Part shown: positions 1 through 8,720 of the stretch, piece after piece
How positions within the stretch are numbered: position 1 is the stretch's first letter
Layout of the letters: each line of letters starts with the position of its first letter
The notes under the pieces: generated by a model
Databases searched by the model: none
Told to the model about the DNA's origin: nothing
Seen by the model: the letters and a program-made list of their open reading frames with translations, nothing else
Translations under genes and position numbers: made by a program
Source of the DNA: an uncultured Peptococcaceae bacterium
Lineage (GTDB): Bacteria > Bacillota > Dehalobacteriia > UBA4068
Length of the DNA stretch: 58,491 nt
Assembly (NCBI GenBank): GCA_964368605.1
Contig: CAYJBP010000002.1
Coordinates: 1 to 58,491 of the forward strand
Direction: 5' to 3'

Positions 1-3000
1 CCAATGGCGGCGGCAATGACCCCGATACCAATGGCGGCGGCAATAACCCCGATACCAATGGCGGTGGCAGTGATGATGATGAGATGCCGGATGTACCAAG
101 CAATAGCCCCGCCCCCAGCCCCAGAAATAGTACCGTTACTATGACTTTGGATTTTGAAGATGATAGTAGGGATTTGGAGCTTGAGGTTGTAATTGGTGAT
201 GTCTATACTATTGATCGGATTGCTAATAATACTGTTAGCGATTTAGATAATTTAGCCAATAAAATTTTGCCCCAAAGCGATGGCCCTGCCGGCGCTTGGC
301 ATTTATTTGGTAAATGGACAGATAACTGGGAAAATTTCTATTCTCCGGAAGCTCCTGATAACAGAGGTACTCTTACTGTTCCCAGCCGCGACTTCACCCT
401 AGAAATTGTTGAAACTCTATTGCCTTTGCCTCAATTAAGCTCTGTTAATTTCAGCTATGAGCAGGTTCTTGCCGGCGAAGGTACATCAACCAGCCCTTAT
501 CTTTTATTAGTGGGCGGAACTTATCAAATTTTCCCCAGATCTACCCAGCCTTTACCCGATAGCCGCATTATTGGTAGCGAAATGTGGCGCGAATTCAGCG
601 GCACAGACTTATATAGCTTTGTTGGTAATCCCAGCACCGGTTATTTTGATGGCGGCACTAATCCCTATTTAACCAGCCAAGGCTATGTGGACGAAAATGG
701 CAATCATTCCGTTTTTGTTAAAGCCGAAAAAACAGGCACAACAGGCAGTATTGCCCTTTCTACCTTCGATCCTAAATATAGTAATGATGGTCGTTGGGAT
801 AGAAGTATTTATCTTCATATCATAAATCCGATCACCGATTTGAAATTTAATGATAGCCTTAATCAAGTTCAATATGATAAAACCATATCTTTAGAAGATT
901 ATCTTACCTTTAGCCCCCAAGATACCAGCGAAACCGCTATTAAATGGGAAGTAGTAAGCAGCACCGATGCCAATGTATCTATTGATGCCAATGGCAATTT
1001 ATATACCGGCGCTAGCGCCGGCATGATCACTGTTAAGGCTACCGCAACCGGCTATGGCCAAGATGCTGACGGCAGTATTAAGGCAGGCATTATCAGTGCC
1101 GAAATTACTATTGATGCTACCCGTGATCCCGATATTTACAATATTACTTTTGACCCGATGGGCGGCAGCTTTATTGATGCCAGCCAGGCAACTGCCCAAA
1201 CCAATAATCAAGGCTATATAACTAGCTTGCCCCAACTTGCAGATCGCAATGCTATGTTGTTTAGCGGCTGGTATCTCGATCCCGGCTATAATGTTCGTTT
1301 TAGCACCGATACCTTGATTACCAATGACTCAACCATCTATGCCGGTTGGGTACAAGGCAATTATGCCACCGTTGAATTCGAGGCCAATCCTCCTGCCGGC
1401 GGTTCGGCAACAGCAGCTCCGCAATTTAAAACTATTGCCAATGGCACTGCTTTTGGTACTTTACCAATCGATATCCCTACCGCCAAAGATAGTAATGGTA
1501 AGGCTTTAGTTTTTGCCGGTTGGTATCCTAATGCCGATGGCAGTGGCGAAGCTTTACAATCGTCTACAATTATTAATACAAATATCACCTATTATGCCAA
1601 ATGGGAAGCATCACGCTCTATTAATGGCGATATCGGCTGGTCGGTAATCGAAGAGGTTCTTGATTTAGGCTCGCCCGATCCTGCCCAAAACCCAACCACC
1701 CCCAATAGCGGTGTTACTCAAAATTGGACAGAAGAGGGTGCTGCCGATGAAGATGCCGGCGATCGTGATTTGCGCTACTTTGAAGTAGAAATTAGCGGCG
1801 AACCTTTAGCCGTTGGCTCGGATATTATTATTGTATTAGATAAATCTACATCGATGCATAATGGTTCTCGCTGGGAGGATGCCGTAGCAGCCGTAGATAC
1901 CTTGGCCGAACAACTTTTTGATGTTGATGAGAATGGTCAAGATAATCCCGATAATTATAATCGGGTGGCTTTAGTTCAGTTTTCCGGCAATACCCGCAGC
2001 AGCTTTAATTTCCAAAACAGTTGGGCCGGCTTTAATAATAATTTTGATCGCGAGCAACCCAATTATAGCGCTCAAGGCTCTACCCCCCCTGCCGCAGATG
2101 ATAATCGTGCCGCAGGCGATGGTACCAATTATACTACCGCTTTACGCCAAGTAATCGAAATTATCGGCTCGCGTTCGGCTGCCGACAGTGCTCGCCCGGT
2201 ACATGTAATCTTTGTTTCTGACGGCAATCCCGAAACTTCGCGCAGCGCCCATGATCAAATCGTACAAGATGCTGCTGGTAATTCCTATGGCCCGGTAGTA
2301 GATAGCAGTGATACCGCCATAGAGTTTTCCCGTACCGACCAAAATGTTGTCGAAGCCCTTGGCTTAACCGGCGAAAAAGAGGCAGCTACTTTAATCGCAA
2401 TGGGCATTAATAGCTATGCGGTTGGTATCGAGCTTGCTCCCAGCAAATATTTAACAGCCATTGCCAATGGCCAGCAAGATAATGTGTTTACCAATGTAGA
2501 TAGCCAAGAACTTACCAATGTATTAACCCAAATCGGCGATTCGGTTATCGCCTATAGTCAACAAGCCCATATCACTTATAATATAGCAACAGCCTTCCCC
2601 AATCATGCTATTATCGATGACGCAGGCAGCGATGCCGAAAAACCGGCCTGGGAAAATGGTATTGGCCTTAATGATCGCCCAGCCAATAATGATTTTGCCA
2701 ACTCCTCGGCCAGCTATCAAATCAATGGCAGCACTATTACCTTTGATGTTAACTCTATACCCGAAGTGGGCTTAACCTTAGGCTTTTATGCGGAATATAC
2801 CCCGGAAGATCCCCCGGTTCCGCCTACACCACCTACTCCGCCCAATCCGCCCGTAAAGCCGCCCACACCGCCTACCATTCCCGATGAGCCTCCGACAGTA
2901 ATCGAAGAGCCGCCAACACCCTTAGCCGGTGGCGTGAATATCGAGGAAGCAGATACCCCCTTGGGCGAAACCCCAACCATTATCATCACCGAAGAAACTC

Positions 3001-3113
3001 CGCTAGGCCAATTGCCGCAAACAGGGGCAATCGGTATTAGCGCCGGCAATCTATTATTGGCTGCCCTAAGCGCCTTAGCCATCTTTGGTTTAAGCTTTAA
3101 AAAACGTAAATAA
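1..3113 (+). CDS. LPXTG-anchored surface adhesin with vWA domain. 5'-partial: the frame is open from base 3, so the true start lies upstream of the window
   Basis: The frame of ORF 84..3113 stays open back to base 3 and encodes 9-aa tandem repeats NGGGN(D/N)PDT. No signal peptide follows the Met at 84. Ig-like Big_2-type segment 'AIKWEVVSSTDANVSIDANGNLY'. Two Listeria-Bacteroides-type repeats ('FDPMGG...SGWY', 'FAGWY...YYAKW'). vWA MIDAS 'DKSTS' plus 'GTNYT' and 'SDGNP'. Pro-rich stalk. C-terminal 'LPQTG' + hydrophobic segment + 'KKRK'. Confidence 0.85.
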   Translation, partial: NGGGNDPDTNGGGNNPDTNGGGSDDDEMPDVPSNSPAPSPRNSTVTMTLDFEDDSRDLELEVVIGDVYTIDRIANNTVSDLDNLANKILPQSDGPAGAWHLFGKWTDNWENFYSPEAPDNRGTLTVPSRDFTLEIVETLLPLPQLSSVNFSYEQVLAGEGTSTSPYLLLVGGTYQIFPRSTQPLPDSRIIGSEMWREFSGTDLYSFVGNPSTGYFDGGTNPYLTSQGYVDENGNHSVFVKAEKTGTTGSIALSTFDPKYSNDGRWDRSIYLHIINPITDLKFNDSLNQVQYDKTISLEDYLTFSPQDTSETAIKWEVVSSTDANVSIDANGNLYTGASAGMITVKATATGYGQDADGSIKAGIISAEITIDATRDPDIYNITFDPMGGSFIDASQATAQTNNQGYITSLPQLADRNAMLFSGWYLDPGYNVRFSTDTLITNDSTIYAGWVQGNYATVEFEANPPAGGSATAAPQFKTIANGTAFGTLPIDIPTAKDSNGKALVFAGWYPNADGSGEALQSSTIINTNITYYAKWEASRSINGDIGWSVIEEVLDLGSPDPAQNPTTPNSGVTQNWTEEGAADEDAGDRDLRYFEVEISGEPLAVGSDIIIVLDKSTSMHNGSRWEDAVAAVDTLAEQLFDVDENGQDNPDNYNRVALVQFSGNTRSSFNFQNSWAGFNNNFDREQPNYSAQGSTPPAADDNRAAGDGTNYTTALRQVIEIIGSRSAADSARPVHVIFVSDGNPETSRSAHDQIVQDAAGNSYGPVVDSSDTAIEFSRTDQNVVEALGLTGEKEAATLIAMGINSYAVGIELAPSKYLTAIANGQQDNVFTNVDSQELTNVLTQIGDSVIAYSQQAHITYNIATAFPNHAIIDDAGSDAEKPAWENGIGLNDRPANNDFANSSASYQINGSTITFDVNSIPEVGLTLGFYAEYTPEDPPVPPTPPTPPNPPVKPPTPPTIPDEPPTVIEEPPTPLAGGVNIEEADTPLGETPTIIITEETPLGQLPQTGAIGISAGNLLLAALSALAIFGLSFKKRK

Positions 3114-3138
3114 TTAATAGTCTTTAAATTAGCTAAAA

Positions 3139-3182
3139 GAGGCTATCGCAAATATAACTGTTTGCGATAGCCTTCTTTTTTT
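3139..3182 (+). terminator. Rho-independent terminator of the adhesin gene
   Basis: 13-bp stem aggctatcgcaaa / tttgcgatagcct followed by tcttttttt, 26 nt after the stop codon. Confidence 0.7.
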
Positions 3183-3276
3183 ATCCATGGGCGTTGTTGG
3201 TTTTTTGCTTGATATTTGGGGCTGTTTTGGCTTCGCCAAAAGGCGCCGGTTTTAAGCCAGCTTTCTTTCCTTTAAA

Positions 3277-3330
3277 ACCTTGGGGCTTTGCCCCAAACCC
3301 CACAATTTTTTGTAAAAAATTGATTAAAAC
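3277..3330. repeat. Intergenic composite hairpin module, copy A
   Basis: accTTGGGGCtttGCCCCAAaccccaCAATTTTTTgtAAAAAATTGATTAAAAC. This is a GC hairpin plus an AT palindrome plus a conserved tail. A near-identical copy lies at 45162-45222. Confidence 0.55.
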
Positions 3331-3390
3331 TTTAAAACATCTACTTTAATATACATTTTTTTAATATATCAAAATATCCCCTTAAAACTA

Positions 3391-3418
3391 TTGTATTTTC
3401 TGCTATTTATGTTATAAT
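3391..3418 (+). promoter_or_regulatory. Putative sigma-A promoter for the 3481 operon
   Basis: TTGTAT, then a 16-nt spacer ending in TGt (extended -10), then TATAAT. It lies about 60 nt upstream of the RBS AAGGAGG. Confidence 0.45.
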
Positions 3419-3480
3419 AGTTGCTAAGCATTTATAATTAGTTTAAATTTTTCGGCAATTTTTTATAAGGAGGATTTATT

Positions 3481-4257
3481 ATGCAGCATGATTTAAATAT
3501 CACAAATATCATATCAAAAAAGCAATATAAATGCTATGGCATGGGTTTAGGTGTTATTTTATTTGATGCAGTTTTTCCTGCTTTTCCCGGCGATGTTCGT
3601 AATGCCAGCGCCTTTCCTTATAATATTCAATACTGTGTTGCCGAGGGCGTAAATAATCACACCTTAATTTTTAATCCCGATAAAGACTTATGCCTAAAAG
3701 CTGCTTTAAATGCAGGTAAATATTTACAGGATTTAGGCTGCAAAGCCTTAATCGGCGAATGTGGCTATTTTGGCCTTTTACAAAAAGAAATGGCCGCCGC
3801 CTTTGATATCCCTGTATTTATGTCTTCGCTTTTGCAAGTAGGCTGGATGCAAAAAATATTAAACCCGAAACAAAAAGTAGGTATTATGTGCGCTCATAAA
3901 AATTCTTTATCGACAGAAGTTCTTAATGCCGTGGGTATTGAAAATAAAGACAGCTTAATCATTGCCGGAACTCAAGATGATTATAATATTAGTGAATTTA
4001 GCAATCTATGGGATGACCGCTTTCGGGAAATTGGCCATTGCGATTATGCCAAGGCCGAGCAGCAATTTGTTGATGCCTGTAAAGATTTTGTAGCCAAAAA
4101 CCCCAATATGGCCGCCTTGGTGCTGGAATGCACCGGCTTTCCCGTATTTGGACGAGCCATTCAGCGTGCGGTGGGTATCCCTGTTTTAAGCTGGTCTACC
4201 TTGATGGATTATGCTAATTCTATAACTGTGCATCGTGATTTTTATGGTCATGTTTAA
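3481..4257 (+). CDS. Asp/Glu/hydantoin racemase-superfamily protein (specific function unknown)
   Basis: About 258 aa with two Cys-containing motifs in the positions typical of this fold ('GECGYF' and 'LECTGF'). Strong RBS AAGGAGG. Assignment is by motif resemblance only. Confidence 0.5.
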   Translation: MQHDLNITNIISKKQYKCYGMGLGVILFDAVFPAFPGDVRNASAFPYNIQYCVAEGVNNHTLIFNPDKDLCLKAALNAGKYLQDLGCKALIGECGYFGLLQKEMAAAFDIPVFMSSLLQVGWMQKILNPKQKVGIMCAHKNSLSTEVLNAVGIENKDSLIIAGTQDDYNISEFSNLWDDRFREIGHCDYAKAEQQFVDACKDFVAKNPNMAALVLECTGFPVFGRAIQRAVGIPVLSWSTLMDYANSITVHRDFYGHV

Positions 4258-4302
4258 AAAAAGAATACTTTTGCAATTATATACATAAAAGGAGGATAAC
4301 AA

Positions 4303-4929
4303 ATGTTGTACACACAAATGGTAGAAGAATTAAAAAATGGCCAAGCCGATAAGGTAGTAGAATTAACCAAACAGGCTTTAGCCGAAGGCTTAACCCCTAA
4401 GGAAATTATCAATGATGGTTTAATGGTCGGCATGAATGTAGTGGGTCAATTATTTAAAGATAATGAAATGTTTGTGCCGGAAGTATTAATGGCCAGCAGA
4501 GCCATGACAGCAGGCATCGAGGTTGTTAAGCCCTTATTAACCGGTGCCGATATGGAAAGCAAAGGCATTTGCGTATTTGCTACCGTACAGGGCGATTTAC
4601 ATGATATCGGCAAAAGATTGGTTACAATGATGATGGAAAGCTCCGGCTATGAAATAATAGATTTAGGCGTGGATGTATCGCCTACGGCAATTGTGGATGC
4701 CGTTAAAGAGCATAATGCCGATATAGTTGGGATGTCGGCCATGCTTACCACTACAATGCAGGCTATGGAGGCTACCATTAAGGCTTTACAAGAAGCCGGT
4801 TTAGATAATGTAAAGGTTATGATAGGCGGTGCGCCGGTTAATGCTGCGTATGCCAAAGATATTGGCGGCCATTATTCGCCGGATGCCAGCTCTGCGATAG
4901 AATTAGCCAATAGCTTAATGAATAAATAA
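4303..4929 (+). CDS. Cobalamin-binding corrinoid protein (methyltransferase cognate corrinoid protein family)
   Basis: B12-binding signature 'DLHDIGK' (DxHxxG), 'SAMLTTT' and 'GGAP'. N-terminal helical cap domain. Size is about 208 aa. Confidence 0.85.
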   Translation: MLYTQMVEELKNGQADKVVELTKQALAEGLTPKEIINDGLMVGMNVVGQLFKDNEMFVPEVLMASRAMTAGIEVVKPLLTGADMESKGICVFATVQGDLHDIGKRLVTMMMESSGYEIIDLGVDVSPTAIVDAVKEHNADIVGMSAMLTTTMQAMEATIKALQEAGLDNVKVMIGGAPVNAAYAKDIGGHYSPDASSAIELANSLMNK

Positions 4930-4989
4930 TTTTTTTAAATAAAAGCATAGCCTATATTAGGCTAGCGTAATCACAAATCGCCTAAACAA

Positions 4990-5026
4990 AAAGGATGTCG
5001 CAAAAAACTTGCGACATCCTTTTTAT
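4990..5026. terminator. Bidirectional terminator between convergent genes
   Basis: Stem aggatgtcgcaa / ttgcgacatcct flanked by an A-run and a T-run. It lies between the corrinoid gene (+) and the MCP gene (-). Confidence 0.65.
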
Positions 5027-5035
5027 TATTAGGTC

Positions 5036-6385
5036 TTAATTTTGAATAGCCTTATTAATAGAATAAAGCTCTTCGGTAATTTCATGGGCGATAGTGGTAC
5101 TTTCGCCTGCGGTGGTTGCTGTTTGGCCGGTAATATTGCTTATATTTTCGATTTGCTGCAAAATATTATTAATGCTCTGCACCTGAATTTGCATAACTTC
5201 GCTAATCTGGCCGGCAATATCGGCCGAATATTGCGAATCGCTAATTACCGAATCCATATCCTTAACCGCTTCTTTTACCAGCTTAACTCCAACTTGTACA
5301 TTGGCAATAGTTTCGTTAACTAAGGCGGCACTATCATTGGCTGCCTCCGAACTATGACTGGCCAGCATTCCTACCTCTTGGGCCACAACCGCAAAACCAC
5401 TGCCTGCCGTACCGGCACGGGCCGCCTCTACCGAGGCATTTAAGGCCAAAATATTGGTTTGAAATGCAATATTTTCGATGGTTTGGATAATACCGCTAAT
5501 CTTTTCGGAAGAAGCTTCAATTTCATTGATTGATATCAAAATATCATGCATCCGCTGATTGCTAAGCTCAAGCTTTTTAACGCTTTGCATGGCCGTATCC
5601 CGGGAATTAATCGTTTTCTCCTGGGTAGAATAAGCTTCCTCCTTCATCGCAGTGCTTTGCTGCAATACATCTTCGATAATCCGATTTTGATCATTAGATG
5701 TTTGGCTAATCGTATTAGCAATATCCAACATCCGCCGCGATGTACCCTCTAAATTATTACTGCGCATCCTAACTTCATCAAAAATTTGCTGCTGCAATAG
5801 GGCATTATTACGGCTTTCGGCCATCTTGGTTTCAACCTGCTTAAGCAAAGATTCGGATTGCAGCTCCTTAGCAGCCGATTGCTCCATAAAAGAACTGCCC
5901 CATTTAACCAAAAAGTAAAGTAATAGTATGCAAAAATTAATGCCCAAAAGGCCACGAATAATATTGCCCAAGTCGACATTGCCATATAATTGAGGGGCAA
6001 AGAATAATACTCCGAATAAAACCAAAGCGCCGATAAGCCATTGCTTAAGAATTAGTTTAGGATTATAATAAAGCCCACCCATGGCCAAAGATGCAATAAT
6101 TAAAGGCAGGGTAGCGAGCAGATTTTGGCTAAGCAAGCCAAAACCTAAAATAAGAATAAACTGCGAATAGGCCAAAATATTGATGCAAATAGAGTATTGC
6201 TCACGCTTTTTAAAAAATTGGCATAGCCCGGTAAGTAACAGCGTAAAGCCTATAATTGCCAAACCGCTGGCAATATTCCCTCCTACTAGATAAAGTGTGC
6301 CATAAAGGGCTGCTCCCGATAGAAGTATTAGTTGATTAACAGTTAATAACTTAAAAGTACCGATAACAGATTTTTTTTCACTCAT
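5036..6385 (-). CDS. Methyl-accepting chemotaxis protein (multi-TM N-terminus, no obvious extracytoplasmic sensor domain)
   Basis: Highly conserved signalling hairpin '[33 protein letters not shown]'. The start was moved to the ATG at 6385, preceded by GGAGG; the 6397 start in the ORF track is a TTG. Confidence 0.9.
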   Translation of the reverse strand: MSEKKSVIGTFKLLTVNQLILLSGAALYGTLYLVGGNIASGLAIIGFTLLLTGLCQFFKKREQYSICINILAYSQFILILGFGLLSQNLLATLPLIIASLAMGGLYYNPKLILKQWLIGALVLFGVLFFAPQLYGNVDLGNIIRGLLGINFCILLLYFLVKWGSSFMEQSAAKELQSESLLKQVETKMAESRNNALLQQQIFDEVRMRSNNLEGTSRRMLDIANTISQTSNDQNRIIEDVLQQSTAMKEEAYSTQEKTINSRDTAMQSVKKLELSNQRMHDILISINEIEASSEKISGIIQTIENIAFQTNILALNASVEAARAGTAGSGFAVVAQEVGMLASHSSEAANDSAALVNETIANVQVGVKLVKEAVKDMDSVISDSQYSADIAGQISEVMQIQVQSINNILQQIENISNITGQTATTAGESTTIAHEITEELYSINKAIQN

Positions 6386-6515
6386 ATAAACCTCCAAATC
6401 TGTACACTTATAACAAATGCTACTATAATTTAATTATAGTAGCATTTTAGGATAAATACAAGTAAAAGTTAAAAAAACATTCCAAACTAAGCAATATTTT
6501 TGATTAGTGATTAAG

Positions 6516-7292
6516 CTATAAATACTGCTCGATAGTAATATAAATGCGATCTTTTTTGCTTTTACCACCTATCTCTTTTAGGGCGGCCTTACCATGCCCT
6601 CTTAAAGAGAGAATATCGCCTGCCACCAATTGTTTGATTGTAGATGTGGTTGGACGACTATTAACTAAGCATAAACCATGGCCAATTGCTGCCTGAGCCT
6701 CGCTGCGGGATAAATTAAAAGCGGCGGCTACTACCGCATCCAAGCGCAGCGATTTTACCAAGCTTCTTATTTCCTTAACCCGCTTGGCAGGTGGCAAAAT
6801 CTCGGCAAATTGAGCGGAATTAAGGATAACGGTAGCCCCTCCTACCTGCTGTAAATTGCTTAAAACAAAATCATAAATGCCAACTGTTACAAAGATATAG
6901 CTGCAATTTTCCAAAACCAGAATATCACCCAAGGCCTCGCGCTTTATGCCTAAAGACATTAAACTGCCCAAAATATCACGATGGCTTAAATTGGCTTTAT
7001 AAGTTAGCTTTAAAGGGCGTAAAGGGTAATTTTCTGATGTATTGGCAGGGCTAGGCATGGCGTCCGGGCAAAAAATAAGTAAGCGGCGCTCGGCCTGCTC
7101 ATAGCCGCCGGCCTCATCCAAGGTGCAGCATAAGTATTTTTGAGCACGGCGGCATAATTCCAGCTCGGCCGGGCTTAAAAAGGGGCTAAAGGCATAATAG
7201 CCGCTTTGATCTGCCCGTTTATCCAAATCCAGCAGGCGGCGCAGGAGGATTTTTTCTTGATCGGTTTGCGCCATAGCGAGCAATTTTTCCAT
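6516..7292 (-). CDS. YlmH-like RNA-binding (S4 domain) protein
   Basis: Size and N-terminal pattern match the YlmH family. C-terminal S4-like 'RLDAVVAAAFNLSRSEAQAAIGHGLCLVNSR'. Confidence 0.65.
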   Translation of the reverse strand: MEKLLAMAQTDQEKILLRRLLDLDKRADQSGYYAFSPFLSPAELELCRRAQKYLCCTLDEAGGYEQAERRLLIFCPDAMPSPANTSENYPLRPLKLTYKANLSHRDILGSLMSLGIKREALGDILVLENCSYIFVTVGIYDFVLSNLQQVGGATVILNSAQFAEILPPAKRVKEIRSLVKSLRLDAVVAAAFNLSRSEAQAAIGHGLCLVNSRPTTSTIKQLVAGDILSLRGHGKAALKEIGGKSKKDRIYITIEQYL

Positions 7293-7346
7293 ATAAGGCC
7301 TTTCAGTAGTTAAATTGTTAAATATGTAAGTTGATTGCCAAGCTTT

Positions 7347-8039
7347 TTAATCGGCTATGGCAATCCGGGCGGCGGCTAGGGCATGGATTTGGCTGGTATC
7401 AAAAACCGGCAGGCTAATATCATTTTGATTAATCAAAAGGCCAATTTCCGTGCAACCTAAAATAATGCCTTCTGCGCCTTCGGCCTGCAATTTGGCGATG
7501 ATTTGCAAATACTTTTGCTTGGATTCTGCCTTGATTTGCCCTAAGCATAATTCTTGATAAATAATATCATTGACGATTTCCATGTCGTCGGCATTGGGAA
7601 TAAGCACTTTAAGGCCATTATCGATAAGCTTTTGCTTATAAAAATCTTGGCTCATGGTGTATTTGGTGCCCAGCAAGGCAATTTTAGTGATATTTTTTTC
7701 GATTATCGCCTGCGCGGTGGCCTCGGCAATATGAAGGATAGGAATTTTAATATTTTGTTCTATTTGCGGGGCTACTTTATGCATAGTATTAGTGCAAATT
7801 ATGATAATATCAGCGCCGGCTTGCTCTAAATTAAGGGCAATTTCGGCCAGCATTCGACCACTTTGTTCCCATTCACCTTGGGCCTGATAATGCTCGATTT
7901 CGGCAAAATCTACACTATAAAGCAAAATTTTTGCCGAATGCAGTCCGCCTAATAGCTCTTTAACTCTTTGATTAATCAATTGATAATATGTAACGGTACT
8001 TTCCCAGCTCATGCCGCCGATGAGGCCTATTGTTTTCAT
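7347..8039 (-). CDS. Aspartate/amino-acid racemase
   Basis: 'IGLIGGMSWESTVTYY' N-terminus, 'IIICTNTMH' and 'ILGCTEI' catalytic Cys motifs. RBS AGGAGAA. Confidence 0.85.
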   Translation of the reverse strand: MKTIGLIGGMSWESTVTYYQLINQRVKELLGGLHSAKILLYSVDFAEIEHYQAQGEWEQSGRMLAEIALNLEQAGADIIIICTNTMHKVAPQIEQNIKIPILHIAEATAQAIIEKNITKIALLGTKYTMSQDFYKQKLIDNGLKVLIPNADDMEIVNDIIYQELCLGQIKAESKQKYLQIIAKLQAEGAEGIILGCTEIGLLINQNDISLPVFDTSQIHALAAARIAIAD

Positions 8040-8114
8040 AGTTTTCTCCTAGTTGATATAATTGTGCCATAAAAAATTCTTGGCCGCCTTTTGGCCGAGA
8101 ATTTCCGGCGAGTT

Positions 8115-8157
8115 AAATATGATATAATAATCACTTTGCGATTATTATATCATATTT
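8115..8157. repeat. Perfect 18-bp AT-rich inverted repeat with a 7-nt spacer
   Basis: aaatatgatataataatc-actttgc-gattattatatcatattt, in the divergent racemase/zur intergenic region. Confidence 0.8.
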
Positions 8158-8230
8158 TTGGCCAAAATACCAGTAGCATCAGTAATCAATATTAATTGCA
8201 ATTAATTCGCAAATTACTAGGCGAATTTTA

Positions 8231-8259
8231 TTGACATTATTAAATATTTATGATAATAT
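8231..8259 (+). promoter_or_regulatory. Putative sigma-A promoter of the zur-znuA operon, flanked by TTCGCAA/TTGCGAA repeats
   Basis: TTGACA, then a 17-nt spacer ending in TGa, then TAATAT. The inverted repeat aattcgc-N10-gcgaatt (8204-8227) abuts the -35. atttgcgaa (8262-8270) lies just downstream of the -10. Confidence 0.45.
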
Positions 8260-8297
8260 CAATTTGCGAATGAATACTAAATTTATTAGAGGTAATT

Positions 8298-8696
8298 ATG
8301 GCAAAATATCAAACCGAACAAAGAAAGCGCCTAATATCTTTTTTTGAAAACAGCAATCATCGAACTTTATCTGCGCAGGAAATTTATAGCGAATTGGGCG
8401 ATCAAGATATAAGCATAAGTGCTATATACAGGAATTTAGCCGAAATGGAAAAAGATGGCCTGCTATGTAAGATTAGCGAAAAAAACCGTCAGGGGGCACT
8501 TTATCAGTATGTAAACCCTGATACTTGCATGGGCATCATCCATTTAAAATGCCAAAGCTGCCAATCTACATTTCATTTAAATAAGCATGTTTCGCAAATG
8601 ATTATTGGTTTGGCACAGGATGATTTTAATTTTACCGTTAATGATGCCGCGGCGGTGATTTATGGTCAATGTAAGAATTGTTCGCAAAATCTATAA
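8298..8696 (+). CDS. zur: Fur-family metalloregulator, probably Zur
   Basis: Winged-helix N-terminus with 'CQSC' and 'CKNC' Cys pairs. It lies directly upstream of a zinc-type substrate-binding lipoprotein. Confidence 0.75.
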   Translation: MAKYQTEQRKRLISFFENSNHRTLSAQEIYSELGDQDISISAIYRNLAEMEKDGLLCKISEKNRQGALYQYVNPDTCMGIIHLKCQSCQSTFHLNKHVSQMIIGLAQDDFNFTVNDAAAVIYGQCKNCSQNL

Positions 8697-8720
8697 AATA
8701 AGTTTTTAAAGGGAGCTGTA

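Noticed and set aside
1-83. 27-nt tandem direct repeats at the window start, considered as a CRISPR-like or satellite feature
   Set aside because: The repeats are contiguous with no spacers. They are in frame with the downstream adhesin ORF and encode NGGGN(D/N)PDT units, so this is a coding repeat.
2786-3082. 98-aa Gly-rich minus-strand ORF
   Set aside because: It is the antisense shadow of the Pro-rich (CCN) stalk of the adhesin gene.
3331-3480. Possible cobalamin riboswitch upstream of the corrinoid-protein operon
   Set aside because: The region is AT-rich with a plain promoter and contains no B12 box or conserved GC-rich cobalamin aptamer core.
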